Source of the DNA: Woeseia sp.
Lineage (GTDB): Bacteria; Pseudomonadota; Gammaproteobacteria; Steroidobacterales; UBA11654
Direction of reading: 5' to 3'
Assembly: GCA_019653755.1 (NCBI GenBank)
Contig: BPCL01000004.1
Location: 5,524-69,523 of the forward strand
Length of the DNA stretch: 64,000 nt
In this document: in pieces, positions 31,686 through 41,532 of the stretch
Layout of the letters: every line of letters begins with the position of its first letter
Numbering within the stretch: position 1 is the stretch's first letter
Translations under genes and position numbers: made by a program
The notes under the pieces: model-generated
Told to the model about the DNA's origin: nothing
Seen by the model: only the letters and a program-made list of their open reading frames with translations
Databases searched by the model: none

Positions 31686-31759
31686 ATTTCTTACTCAATA
31701 GGTTAAATATAATCGAGAAACTATCTAAATGCAGATCATTATGCAAGGATTGATTAAGA

Positions 31760-32326
31760 TTATCCAAGCTCATCAGAGGAAGAATTCGCACTATACAATG
31801 CTCTTGGATTCAATGCTTTTATAATCTCAAGATCCATCGCAGCAAGAGTCTCTCTTGGGCTGCTATTATGGATTAATTGAGGATTAGACCGGACCTCCTC
31901 AAAGAAGACCGGTTCATAGATAGCGCATAAGGGCTCAACACCTGAGCCATCTGGTGATTCGAACACGGTTGCCATTTTATTAAAGTTTCTATGGAGAACG
32001 AGCTGCTCAATTGATTCTTTATCTAGATAGGGCATATCACAGGCTATAACCAGCCATGCGTTCTCTCGCTCAAAATCTCCTGCTGATAAAATTCCTGCTA
32101 TGGGTCCGTTATCATTCTCTTGGTCGACAATTAGAGGGTATTTAGCTCTATTTGGCTCATCTATTTGATCTGGCCTTACCGAGACATGTAACTGCTTTGT
32201 AAAAAGAGATATAAGATTTGCGGATCTATCTAGGAGAGTAAGGCCTTCAAATTTAATCAGTGCCTTATCTCGCCCCATTCTCCTGCTGTGACCACCAGTT
32301 AAGATCAAACCATTAAGTAAGTTCAT
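31760..32326 (-). CDS. mobA: Molybdenum cofactor guanylyltransferase
   Basis: LILTGGHSRRMGRDKAL N-terminal motif and the DMPYL motif. 188 aa. Confidence 0.75.
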   Translation of the reverse strand: MNLLNGLILTGGHSRRMGRDKALIKFEGLTLLDRSANLISLFTKQLHVSVRPDQIDEPNRAKYPLIVDQENDNGPIAGILSAGDFERENAWLVIACDMPYLDKESIEQLVLHRNFNKMATVFESPDGSGVEPLCAIYEPVFFEEVRSNPQLIHNSSPRETLAAMDLEIIKALNPRALYSANSSSDELG

Positions 32327-32346
32327 GACAATTTTTATTAATAGAA

Positions 32347-32811
32347 CTAACCGATATCTCTTTTGCCGCCTGATTTGCTCACAAGAGATATCTCAGTAAT
32401 CTCAATCTCGTGGCTCAAAGATTTGCACATATCATAGATAGTTAAAGCTGCTACACTTGCGCCGGTTAAGGCTTCCATTTCAACACCTGTTTTTTGTTCA
32501 ACAGAGACACTACAATTGATAATTAAATCTTGATTCTCATCAGGTTCAATTGAAATATTGCATGCATTAATATTAAGCGGATGACAAAAGGGAATGAGAT
32601 CGTGTGTTTTCTTAACCGCCATAGTCCCAGCGATGATCGCTGTATCTATTACTGGACCTTTTTTTGTTTGTAGATCCCCGTCTTTAAATCTTTCTTTTAT
32701 TTCCTGACTAAATATAACCTTTGCACTAGCCGTTGCTTTCCTTTGGCTAGCCTCTTTAGATGCAATGTCTACCATTGTTGGCCTATTTTTTTTATCAATG
32801 TGATTTAACAT
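32347..32811 (-). CDS. moaC: Cyclic pyranopterin monophosphate synthase MoaC
   Basis: MVDI..K, IPFCHPL, TGVEMEALTGASVAALTIYDM. Confidence 0.92.
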   Translation of the reverse strand: MLNHIDKKNRPTMVDIASKEASQRKATASAKVIFSQEIKERFKDGDLQTKKGPVIDTAIIAGTMAVKKTHDLIPFCHPLNINACNISIEPDENQDLIINCSVSVEQKTGVEMEALTGASVAALTIYDMCKSLSHEIEITEISLVSKSGGKRDIG

Positions 32812-32832
32812 GTCTATACCTTTAACAGAATA

Positions 32833-33909
32833 TTACAAAATACTGTCTAATATTTCTTGAGTATGTTCACCGCGTCTAGGACTTTTTTTAATCTCCTTGA
32901 TTGAATTATCAAATCTAGGCGCTGGACTAGCTTGCAATTGGTCGTCAACTTCCACCCAAATATCACGCTCATTAATGTGGGGGTGATGTTTGGATTCCTC
33001 TGGAGTAAAAACAGGTTCAACACAAGCATCGGAACCCTCAAAAAGATCCTGCCAATGGTCTAAAGGTTGCTTGGAAAAGCATTTGGTAAGTTCCTTTTTC
33101 ATTTTAGGCCAAGTCGATTGGTCCATTTGTGATGCAAAATCTGTGTTTTCAGAGAGTCCCATTGTTTTTACAAATTCCTCATAGAATTTTGGCTCGAGAC
33201 ATTGCACAGAAACCCACTTATTATCTGCCGTTGAATAACAGCGGCTCCAAGGAGGTCCATCGAGAAAACTTTCGCCTCGAGTTGGACTTAATAGGCCAGC
33301 AACTTGGGTGGACATCAATAAATTCATCATGTGAGCTGAGCCATCAACAATTGCAGCATCTACGACAGTGCCTTTCCCAGTTTTTTGTGCGTTTAGTAAG
33401 CCAGCCAACATCCCTGCAACTAAATACAGAGAGCCTCCACCTATGTCTCCAACCAATGTTGGTGGGGTAAATGGCGCTTGGCCTGCTGGAGACGCGTACC
33501 AAAGAGCACCAGATAACCCTATATAATTTAAGTCATGTCCTGCCTGTTTCGATTTAGGCCCATCTTGACCCCAGCCCGTCATCCGGCCGTAAACCAAACT
33601 TGGATTTTCTTTTAAAACCACTTCTGGACCAATGCCTAATCTCTCCATTACGCCAGGCCTAAAACCTTCGATTAATCCATCAGAAGTTTGCAGTAATTTT
33701 TTTAGATTTGTTAAATCATCTTCTTCTTTTAGATTCAGAATGATTGAACGTTTACCTCTATCAATGATATTTCTTTCGGGCATACCCGGCATGGGTTGAG
33801 AATGACGGTGAACAACAATAACATCAGCACCTAAATCGGCCAGCATCATTGAAGCGAATGGACCTGGTCCCAAGCCTTCAATTTCAATTATTCGAATCCC
33901 TTCCAACAT
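32833..33909 (-). CDS. Family III CoA-transferase (CaiB/BaiF; alpha-methylacyl-CoA racemase-like)
   Basis: GIRIIEIEGLGPGPFASMMLADLGADVIVV N-terminus, GHDLNY, and a GD.G.G motif. Confidence 0.85.
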   Translation of the reverse strand: MLEGIRIIEIEGLGPGPFASMMLADLGADVIVVHRHSQPMPGMPERNIIDRGKRSIILNLKEEDDLTNLKKLLQTSDGLIEGFRPGVMERLGIGPEVVLKENPSLVYGRMTGWGQDGPKSKQAGHDLNYIGLSGALWYASPAGQAPFTPPTLVGDIGGGSLYLVAGMLAGLLNAQKTGKGTVVDAAIVDGSAHMMNLLMSTQVAGLLSPTRGESFLDGPPWSRCYSTADNKWVSVQCLEPKFYEEFVKTMGLSENTDFASQMDQSTWPKMKKELTKCFSKQPLDHWQDLFEGSDACVEPVFTPEESKHHPHINERDIWVEVDDQLQASPAPRFDNSIKEIKKSPRRGEHTQEILDSIL

Positions 33910-34051
33910 GTCTTTATTTTATTATAAATTTTTCAAACTTTGATACATCTCTTTGGTGCTCAAAGCCTGATCAAAAGAATCATAGTAAAGCAATAAATGA
34001 AGTTGTTTAGAATTTTTCTTATAATGGCTCTACATTTGTATTCGAGAGATC

Positions 34052-35461
34052 ATGGGTCTAACACTATTTGAAAAGGTTTGGAATCAGCATTCCATTTGCA
34101 ACTTAGGTGATGGGAATGAACTATTGTACATCGATAGAATCTTCCTTCACGAGAGGACTGGGAGTATTGCTCTCAAATCTTTAGAAGAAAGGAACCTAGC
34201 TATTCGTAATCCCTTGCAAGTGTTTGCAACGATTGATCACATTGTCGATACCTTTCCAGGAAGGGATGACGAGACGCTTATGCCAAGTGGTTCTGATTTT
34301 ATAAAATCGCTAAGAAAATCTGCCAAGCAATCGGGGATTAATTTCTTTGATCTTGACAACCCGGATCAAGGGATTGTTCATGTGGTCTCGCCTGAACAAG
34401 GCATTGCCCTGCCTGGAATGACCTATATTTGTCCTGACTCGCACACATGCAGTTTAGGTGCATTAGGAACCTTAGCTTGGGGGGTTGGGTCCACAGAATG
34501 TGAGCATGCTCTGGCAACAAATACTCTAATTAAGAAAAAGCCACAACTCATGCAAATCAATATCGATGGTAAATTACCTAGTGGCGTTACCTCGAAAGAT
34601 ATTGTTCTGCATTTGATATCGGAATTTGGCTCCAATGGTGCTAAGGGTCATGCAGTCGAATTTACCGGATCAACAATTACTGATCTTGAAATAGAATCAA
34701 GGCTTACATTGTGCAATATGGCTGTAGAGTTTGGAGCTGTAACCAGCTTAATAGCTCCAGATGAGAAGACATTCTCTTATCTAGAAAACAAGAAGTTTGC
34801 ACCCAAGGGCGATGATTTTTTAACGGCAGTCAAGGAATGGGGGGAGCTTAAGTCGGACACAGAGGCAAAGTTTGACAAAATAATAAACCTTAATTGTTCT
34901 AATCTTACCCCTTATGTGACATGGGGTACTAGCCCACACCAAGCCGTACCAATTGATGAAATTATCCCTTTCTCAGAGCAGCTCAATGAACACGGCGAAA
35001 GAAAATCGATGAACAGAGCTCTAGAATATATGGATCTGAGTGAAGGTGAAGCCATCAAGGGTAAAACTATCGATGCAGCTTTTATTGGGTCATGCACAAA
35101 TAGCCGGATCAGCGATTTAAGGGCTGCAGCTCAAGTGCTTAAGAATAAGAAAGTAGCCAAGGGGGTTAAAGCAATATGTGTCCCAGGTTCATCTCAAGTC
35201 AAAAAACAGGCCGAAGAAGAAGGGTTGGACAAAATATTTATCTCAGCAGGATTTGAATGGAGAGAATCAGGGTGTTCGATGTGTTTCTTTGCAGGGGGTG
35301 AGAGCTTCGGTCATAACGAACGAGTTATTTCAACCACAAATAGAAATTTTGAGAATAGACAAGGTAAAGCCACAAGAACCCATCTTGCTTCACCAGAGAC
35401 AGTGGCTGCCTCAGCAATTAATGGAAAAATATCTAAGGCAAGTACAGGAATAGAATCATGA
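34052..35461 (+). CDS. leuC: Aconitase-family dehydratase large subunit, LeuC-like (atypical N-terminal substrate region)
   Basis: GSCTNSRISDLR, GFEWRESGCSMC and TTNRNFENRQG match the LeuC cluster ligands. However, LYIDRIFLHERTGS replaces the canonical LYIDRHLVHEVTSPQAF. Confidence 0.75.
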   Translation: MGLTLFEKVWNQHSICNLGDGNELLYIDRIFLHERTGSIALKSLEERNLAIRNPLQVFATIDHIVDTFPGRDDETLMPSGSDFIKSLRKSAKQSGINFFDLDNPDQGIVHVVSPEQGIALPGMTYICPDSHTCSLGALGTLAWGVGSTECEHALATNTLIKKKPQLMQINIDGKLPSGVTSKDIVLHLISEFGSNGAKGHAVEFTGSTITDLEIESRLTLCNMAVEFGAVTSLIAPDEKTFSYLENKKFAPKGDDFLTAVKEWGELKSDTEAKFDKIINLNCSNLTPYVTWGTSPHQAVPIDEIIPFSEQLNEHGERKSMNRALEYMDLSEGEAIKGKTIDAAFIGSCTNSRISDLRAAAQVLKNKKVAKGVKAICVPGSSQVKKQAEEEGLDKIFISAGFEWRESGCSMCFFAGGESFGHNERVISTTNRNFENRQGKATRTHLASPETVAASAINGKISKASTGIES

Positions 35462-36072
35462 AACCTTTTGAGACATTCTCTGGAATTGCGGCACCTTTGA
35501 TTAGAATGAATATCGATACGGATGCGATTATTCCAAGCCGAGAAATGAAGTCTGTCTCTAAACAAGGACTCGCCGATGGTTTATTCTCAGATTGGAGATA
35601 CGAATCGGTAGAATCAAGAAAAGAAAATAAAGATTTCATTCTCAATCAATCTCCATTCAATAAAGCCACTATTCTTCTTTCAGGAAGAAACTTTGGTTGC
35701 GGATCATCCAGAGAACATGCTGTTTGGGCTCTAAGTGAGTGGGGTATAAAAGTTATCATAGCCCCAAGTTTTGGGAGTATTTTTTATAACAATTGTATAA
35801 AGAATGGCCTGCTACCCATCACTTTAGATGAAAATAAAATAGATCTATTAGAGAGCTTTGTATCTATTGACCCCTTAAAAAACCAATTATCTGTTGATCT
35901 TGCTAGCAGAATCATTAGTTTTGGTACGGAAACCATAGAAGATTTTCCTATAGGGACAAAAGATCGAGAATCCTTAATAAATGGCTTGGATGAAATTGAG
36001 CAAACCCTAGATAAAATATCTTTAGTAAACGACTTCGAGACATCCCATAAGGCAAAGAACCCGTGGCTCTAA
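35458..36072 (+). CDS. leuD: Aconitase-family dehydratase small subunit, LeuD-like
   Basis: NIDTDAIIP and GRNFGCGSSREHAVWAL motifs. 4-nt overlap with the large subunit. Confidence 0.8.
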   Translation: MKPFETFSGIAAPLIRMNIDTDAIIPSREMKSVSKQGLADGLFSDWRYESVESRKENKDFILNQSPFNKATILLSGRNFGCGSSREHAVWALSEWGIKVIIAPSFGSIFYNNCIKNGLLPITLDENKIDLLESFVSIDPLKNQLSVDLASRIISFGTETIEDFPIGTKDRESLINGLDEIEQTLDKISLVNDFETSHKAKNPWL

Positions 36073-36125
36073 AAAAGCAATCCCAAAATAGATGTTTTTG
36101 AAATCAAATGGTTTATGATGTCGCT

Positions 36126-36935
36126 ATGAAAAATCTCTTCTTAATTTTGTTATTCATTCCCTTGAGCCTTGATGCAAGTGAAAAAGATCATGAATTAATT
36201 ATGGCTACTCTATACGTTCAATCTTCGGCAGAGTTTTATGCCAATTCAAGCACCATTTATCGAGCAGCTCAAAATAATTTAGATGCATTATTGTCCGATA
36301 AAAATCATACGGCAGCGCTTGAACAGTTAGAAAATTTCAGTGACAAACCACCAGCAATTATCCTTGATGTCGATCAGACAGTATTAGACAACAGTGCGTA
36401 TCAAGCGAGAATCATTGAGAAGGGAACTGCTTACCCAGATGGCTGGTTTGATTGGGCAAAAGAAGAAAAGGCAGAATTTATGCCTGGTGCACTTGAATTC
36501 ATGAAATACGCACAATCAAAAGGTGTGGAAATATTTTTTGTGACCAACCGAGATCTTGAGATAGAAAAAGCAACAATCAATAATTATATAGCCCTTGGTT
36601 TCAGCACTTCTTCAGAAGAGAATATCCTATCTCGGGGGGAAAACGGTTGGGGATCTAACAAAACATCAAGAAGAGAATTGATCGCAAAAGATTATCGTAT
36701 AGTGATGATGTTTGGAGATAATTTTGGCGACTTTGTGGACAACAATGAAAATCTGCTCTCTCCCAAAGACAGAGTTGAAGCCATCAAGAAATACTCAAAA
36801 TATTGGGGCACATCTTGGTACATGTTCTCGAATCCAATGTATGGAGCATGGGAAGGATCGATCATAGATTTTAATTATGGGCAACCTAGAGATGAACTCC
36901 TGCAAAAAAAGTTAGATGCCTTAGACTCTAAATGA
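36126..36935 (+). CDS. Secreted HAD-superfamily acid phosphatase / 5'-nucleotidase, lipoprotein e(P4)-like (class C)
   Basis: Signal peptide, the DDDD-type motifs ILDVDQTVLDN and GDNFGDF, and FVTNR. The ATG at 36126 is preferred over the ORF start at 36108. Confidence 0.7.
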   Translation: MKNLFLILLFIPLSLDASEKDHELIMATLYVQSSAEFYANSSTIYRAAQNNLDALLSDKNHTAALEQLENFSDKPPAIILDVDQTVLDNSAYQARIIEKGTAYPDGWFDWAKEEKAEFMPGALEFMKYAQSKGVEIFFVTNRDLEIEKATINNYIALGFSTSSEENILSRGENGWGSNKTSRRELIAKDYRIVMMFGDNFGDFVDNNENLLSPKDRVEAIKKYSKYWGTSWYMFSNPMYGAWEGSIIDFNYGQPRDELLQKKLDALDSK

Positions 36936-38191
36936 GGTCATTTTTAAAATACCTATCCATTATTCTGATTACCTCTGTCTTAACGATCGTTGCTTTGATA
37001 CAAATTGCACCATTTATCATCGTAGTTCCCAAAAAAGACACCCAAGAAATTGAGATTAATTTTGACCAGAACGTTACAAAGAAAGAATTAAAAGCAGTAG
37101 ACAGGAAAGCTAAAAATATCATTCTTTTAATTGGTGACGGCATGGGAATTAATCAAATCACTGCCTACAGAATTGCCAAGGGAGGCCCGAATTATACTTC
37201 GGCCTTTGATAAATTTCCCCACACAGGCTTGATTAAAACTCATGCCATCAACACATTAATTACTGATTCGGCTGCCTCTGCTACTGCTTTTAGCTCAGGC
37301 ATTAAAACTGTTAACGGATATTTGGGAGTTAATAAGGATAAACAGGTGGTAAAAAATATAACGGAAATGTTGCATGAGAAAGGATACGTGACAAGTCTAA
37401 TTGCAACATCTGAAATTACCCATGCAACACCAGCTGCATTTGTGGTTCACAACGAGTCAAGAGACAACACAGATCAAATAGCTGAACAGTTATTTAGATC
37501 CAATAATTTTATTTCGCTCGGTGGAGGAAGAGATTTTTTTATCCCTGAAGATCTAGGCGGCCAACGAGAAGATGACTTGGATATTCTCGCTCTGATAAAA
37601 GAGGAAGAAGCCTACCTAGGATCTAGATCTGACTTAATTAATTTTCAATTAGACCCGTCAAAAAGAATTTTTGGATTATTCTCGAAAGAGGGGTTTATCC
37701 GTGAAGAAAGTGAACCCGATCTACTAGAAATGCTTGATTTTTCATTGGAGCAATCTAACAAGATGATTTCAAATAATTGCACTGGTTTTTTCATAATGGC
37801 AGAAGGCTCACAAATAGATTGGGAGGGCCACGAGAATAATTTTGACGGTGTGTACAAAGAGATGGATGAATTCAGTCGGGTTGTGGACAGAGCTCTAAAG
37901 TTTGCAGAATCAAATCAAGATACGCTCGTAATAGTCCTCTCAGATCATGAAACAGGCGGGCTTCTTATAGAAACAGATACTTGGGAAAGAAACCCTCAGC
38001 CTAGAAACAAAATGAAAATTTCATGGAACACAGCAGTTGGACTAGGAACTCACACAGGAACAATGATTCCCGTATTCGCCTTTGGGCCTGGGGCAGAAAA
38101 TATAGGTGGAGTGATGGATAACACAGATATATTCTTCATTATGGAAGAAGCGCTCGGCATTGATAATCTAGCTGAGAGAAAATGTTTATAA
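36932..38191 (+). CDS. phoA: Alkaline phosphatase (PhoA family), N-terminally membrane anchored
   Basis: LLIGDGMG, active-site TDSAASATA, SDHETGG, and a THTG-type His motif. ATGA overlap with the upstream phosphatase. Confidence 0.85.
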   Translation: MRSFLKYLSIILITSVLTIVALIQIAPFIIVVPKKDTQEIEINFDQNVTKKELKAVDRKAKNIILLIGDGMGINQITAYRIAKGGPNYTSAFDKFPHTGLIKTHAINTLITDSAASATAFSSGIKTVNGYLGVNKDKQVVKNITEMLHEKGYVTSLIATSEITHATPAAFVVHNESRDNTDQIAEQLFRSNNFISLGGGRDFFIPEDLGGQREDDLDILALIKEEEAYLGSRSDLINFQLDPSKRIFGLFSKEGFIREESEPDLLEMLDFSLEQSNKMISNNCTGFFIMAEGSQIDWEGHENNFDGVYKEMDEFSRVVDRALKFAESNQDTLVIVLSDHETGGLLIETDTWERNPQPRNKMKISWNTAVGLGTHTGTMIPVFAFGPGAENIGGVMDNTDIFFIMEEALGIDNLAERKCL

Positions 38192-38224
38192 TAAAAAGCA
38201 CCGTTAAGATAAGAAGAGGATGAT

Positions 38225-39169
38225 GTGGCTGAAATAGATATATTAGTAAGTGAAGTTGGACCTAGAGACGGTCTCCAAAGCATAGATTCTATTATGTCGA
38301 CTGATGACAAGAAAAAGTGGATAAAAGCTGAATCTGAGGCTGGGGTTAGAGAGATTGAGGTGGGTTCGTTCGTACGCCCAGATTTATTGCCACAGATGGC
38401 AGACACGGCAGAAATTGTGCAATACGCAAAAAGCCTACCAAACCTTACTGTTGCAGCCTTAGTGCCTAATTTTAAGGGCGCAAAAAATGCAATCGATGCC
38501 GGGGTGGACAAAATGTGTCTTCCTTTATCGGTCAGTGAAACCCACAGCAAAGCCAATTTGAATAAGAGTCATGAAGAGGTTCTAGCTGAGATAAAAAAAA
38601 TAGCCGAATACATCAAATCTCTTGATGAGGACAAAAGACCCGAGTTTGAAGGCAATTTGTCTACTGCTTTTGGTTGCACCTTAGAGGGTAAAGTTTCAGA
38701 AAAGGTTGTTGTGTCCCTAGGTGCACAAATGATGGAATTAGGCTGTGATGAAGTCGGCTTATCTGATACAACCGGTTACGCCAATCCAATACAAATTAAA
38801 AGACTGATTGGGTTGCTTAAAAGTGAGGTGGGTGATCACAATCTAACCAGTATGCATTTGCATAACACCAGAGGCTTGGGCTTAGCTAATGCTTTGGCCT
38901 CCATCGATGAGGGAATCACCACTCTGGATTCATCACTTGGTGGTATTGGGGGTTGTCCTTTTGCACCGGGTGCCAGTGGAAATATAGTTACTGAAGATTT
39001 AGTTTTTATGTTGGATTCCATGGGCCTAAAAACGGGCATTAATATCGAGGCTCTTATCGAAGTCAATAAAACTGTTAAAACATTTCTGCCCAACGAAGAA
39101 CTCTATGGTTTTACAATAGATTCAGGGCTTCCCAAAGGTTATAGCAAAGGTGGATGGGGCACTAATTGA
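38225..39169 (+). CDS. Hydroxymethylglutaryl-CoA lyase family protein
   Basis: VGPRDGLQS, EVGSFV.P..LPQMAD, HLHNTRGLGLAN and GLGGCPFAPGASGN. GTG start. Confidence 0.85.
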   Translation: MAEIDILVSEVGPRDGLQSIDSIMSTDDKKKWIKAESEAGVREIEVGSFVRPDLLPQMADTAEIVQYAKSLPNLTVAALVPNFKGAKNAIDAGVDKMCLPLSVSETHSKANLNKSHEEVLAEIKKIAEYIKSLDEDKRPEFEGNLSTAFGCTLEGKVSEKVVVSLGAQMMELGCDEVGLSDTTGYANPIQIKRLIGLLKSEVGDHNLTSMHLHNTRGLGLANALASIDEGITTLDSSLGGIGGCPFAPGASGNIVTEDLVFMLDSMGLKTGINIEALIEVNKTVKTFLPNEELYGFTIDSGLPKGYSKGGWGTN

Positions 39170-39176
39170 TTGAGCT

Positions 39177-40241
39177 TTAAAGCTTGTATTTGAAGTCAAT
39201 AAACATTTTTTTGTAATCAATATTCATTTTCTTCTGGTTGTCAAACCACGTTAGCTCAACACTAAGTTTTTTTGAAAAATTATAGCTAAGATTGAGTTGG
39301 TGACCTTTATGGCCAACTCCACCTCCACCAAAGTCTGAGTCTACAAGAGCAGCAAAGACAGCATTTGCTTCAGCGTCTTTATAAAAATAGGTTGCTTTCC
39401 ATCGATCATTTAATGTGAGCTTAGCTCCAATGAGGAAGGCTGTATCATTTTCGTCTGCTTTGGAGTTTTTTGCAAAATCAACAAAATAGGTAATTGGAAG
39501 TAAATCAGAACCTATTGTTGTCTTCATCTCAGCAGAGAGGTTAGTAACATTGTAGTTATTGAGGTAGTAATTATTTGCATCGACAGGATTGCCAAATAAT
39601 TTGCCGTTCCATGTGATGTCAGATGCCGGCCTTCCCTTAATATCATCAAAATTGTATTGAGCTATAGCAATCTTATAACTTGTATCTGCAGATACTTTTT
39701 TATTTAATCCGGCCTGAAGACCTATAATGTTTACTGCCTTAGGACCTCCTTCGTCAAACTTAATTAGCCCTATATTTCCAAAAAAACCATCCTTTTTATG
39801 GCCAATGACAATTCCCTCAGGATTGTAGTCTCCATCGAAGAGAAGCTGACTCTTATTAGGTTTAAAAAAAGGATTGGCGATTTTACCCAGAGACACGGAC
39901 GAAGTAGCTGTTAACAAATAATCAATGTAAGCCTGATCCACTCCAATATCGCTTAAAGTAAAGCCAGTGCCTAGAGTTTGGTTGGCAGATGTTGTGTTCT
40001 CCTCAGCTGTGGCTAGCCTAATTTTAATTTTTAATCGTTCGTTATCTGAATACTGAAATCCTAAGCGAGAGCGGATTCTATTTCTTCTTCGTTTGGAGGG
40101 TTTACTGCTATCGTCAGTGTATTCATATCGAAATCTAAAGTCATAAGATGTTGTCACCTCTGAAGCTGATAGCGATTGGGGAAAAATAAAGAAACATATG
40201 ATGGACACAAAGAATAGGTTTGATCCTATTTTATAAATCAT
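39177..40241 (-). CDS. Putative outer-membrane porin (beta-barrel), last gene of the DUF47-Pit operon
   Basis: Signal peptide and alternating amphipathic strands rich in aromatics/Gly/Asn. The C-terminus is ..FIDFKYKL. Family not recognised. Confidence 0.5.
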   Translation of the reverse strand: MIYKIGSNLFFVSIICFFIFPQSLSASEVTTSYDFRFRYEYTDDSSKPSKRRRNRIRSRLGFQYSDNERLKIKIRLATAEENTTSANQTLGTGFTLSDIGVDQAYIDYLLTATSSVSLGKIANPFFKPNKSQLLFDGDYNPEGIVIGHKKDGFFGNIGLIKFDEGGPKAVNIIGLQAGLNKKVSADTSYKIAIAQYNFDDIKGRPASDITWNGKLFGNPVDANNYYLNNYNVTNLSAEMKTTIGSDLLPITYFVDFAKNSKADENDTAFLIGAKLTLNDRWKATYFYKDAEANAVFAALVDSDFGGGGVGHKGHQLNLSYNFSKKLSVELTWFDNQKKMNIDYKKMFIDFKYKL

Positions 40242-40250
40242 TACTTTCCT

Positions 40251-41516
40251 CTACCCAAAGAAACCTTTTAGAGCAAAGAAAAAGAGGATGGATAATCCAG
40301 CACCGATGGGCAGTGTGACAATCCAAGATAAAATAATTTTTCCAACAACCCCAAGATTAATTGCACCAATGCCTCTTGCTAGACCAACGCCCAGTACTGC
40401 ACCAACCAGAGTATGCGTTGTTGAAATCGGCAAACCTGTTCCTGAAGCAATCACAACTGTTCCTGCAGCGGCAAGCTCAGCTGCAAAACCTCTGCTAGGA
40501 GTTAACTCTGTAATGGACCTACCTATAGTCATCATGACTCTATAACCCAACATGGCTAGCCCAATCACAATACCTGTAGCTCCAATCAATAAAACCCAGG
40601 CCGGTAGAATTGATTTAGAGGCTATCTCGCCACCGCTATTTACCACTGAGACAATTGCTGCTAGAGGGCCTATGGCGTTAGCCACATCATTCGACCCATG
40701 AGCAAAAGCCATTGCACAAGCTGTAAACACCATTAAAACGGCGAAGACTCGCTCTACCCCATCAAACATGGCACCATTTTTTTCTTGAGTCGTATTATCT
40801 ATTCTCTGCAATGCAAGGGTTCCTACTAAAGCAATGATCAGAGCGAACACAAGAGACCAGGCAATAGCTTCAGTGCCCGTAAAGGTTAACCCAACATGTT
40901 TTAGTCCTTTTAAGAAAGTTACCATAGCGACTACAAAGCCTGCTAAAAACATGTAGAAGGGAACATATCTTTTTGCGCTCATGAAAGGATCTGATGTTTG
41001 TAGAATTAATTTCTTAACACTAGTAAATAATAGAAAAGAAATCGTTCCAGCCATCACTGGCGAGACTACCCAGCTGGCAACAATTGAGGCAACCTTACCC
41101 CATTGAACAACATCAACTCCTATTCCTACAGCAGCAAATCCTACTATGGCTCCAACAATAGAATGTGTTGTTGAAACAGGCCAACCGAAATATGAAGCAA
41201 TCAATAACCAAATTCCTGCAGCTAACAAAGCAGCAATCATTCCATAAACTAAGAGTTGAGGCGTATCAGTAATTGCAGCTGTATCAATTATCCCTTTTCG
41301 TATAGTAGATGTAACCTCACCACCTGCTAGATAGGCTCCTGCAAATTCAAAGATACATGCAACTAATATAGCTTGAGCTAATGTTAATGCTCTTGCGCCT
41401 ACAGAAGTACCCATTGCATTTGCAACATCGTTTGCCCCGATACCCCAGGCCATAAAGAAACCGCAAACACAACCGACAACCAATAAGATAAAGCCGTATT
41501 CAGCGATTACTTCCAT
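40251..41516 (-). CDS. pitA: Inorganic phosphate transporter, PiT family
   Basis: Duplicated GANDVANAMGTSVG / GSNDVANAIGP signature. Multi-pass membrane protein of 421 aa. Confidence 0.9.
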   Translation of the reverse strand: MEVIAEYGFILLVVGCVCGFFMAWGIGANDVANAMGTSVGARALTLAQAILVACIFEFAGAYLAGGEVTSTIRKGIIDTAAITDTPQLLVYGMIAALLAAGIWLLIASYFGWPVSTTHSIVGAIVGFAAVGIGVDVVQWGKVASIVASWVVSPVMAGTISFLLFTSVKKLILQTSDPFMSAKRYVPFYMFLAGFVVAMVTFLKGLKHVGLTFTGTEAIAWSLVFALIIALVGTLALQRIDNTTQEKNGAMFDGVERVFAVLMVFTACAMAFAHGSNDVANAIGPLAAIVSVVNSGGEIASKSILPAWVLLIGATGIVIGLAMLGYRVMMTIGRSITELTPSRGFAAELAAAGTVVIASGTGLPISTTHTLVGAVLGVGLARGIGAINLGVVGKIILSWIVTLPIGAGLSILFFFALKGFFG

Positions 41517-41532
41517 AATCCTTTTCCTTTAA

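Noticed and set aside
33997-34071. Possible leucine leader peptide upstream of leuC (MKLFRIFLIMALHLYSRDHGSNTI)
   Set aside because: No Shine-Dalgarno sequence, no run of consecutive Leu codons, no terminator/antiterminator hairpins, and it overlaps the leuC start.
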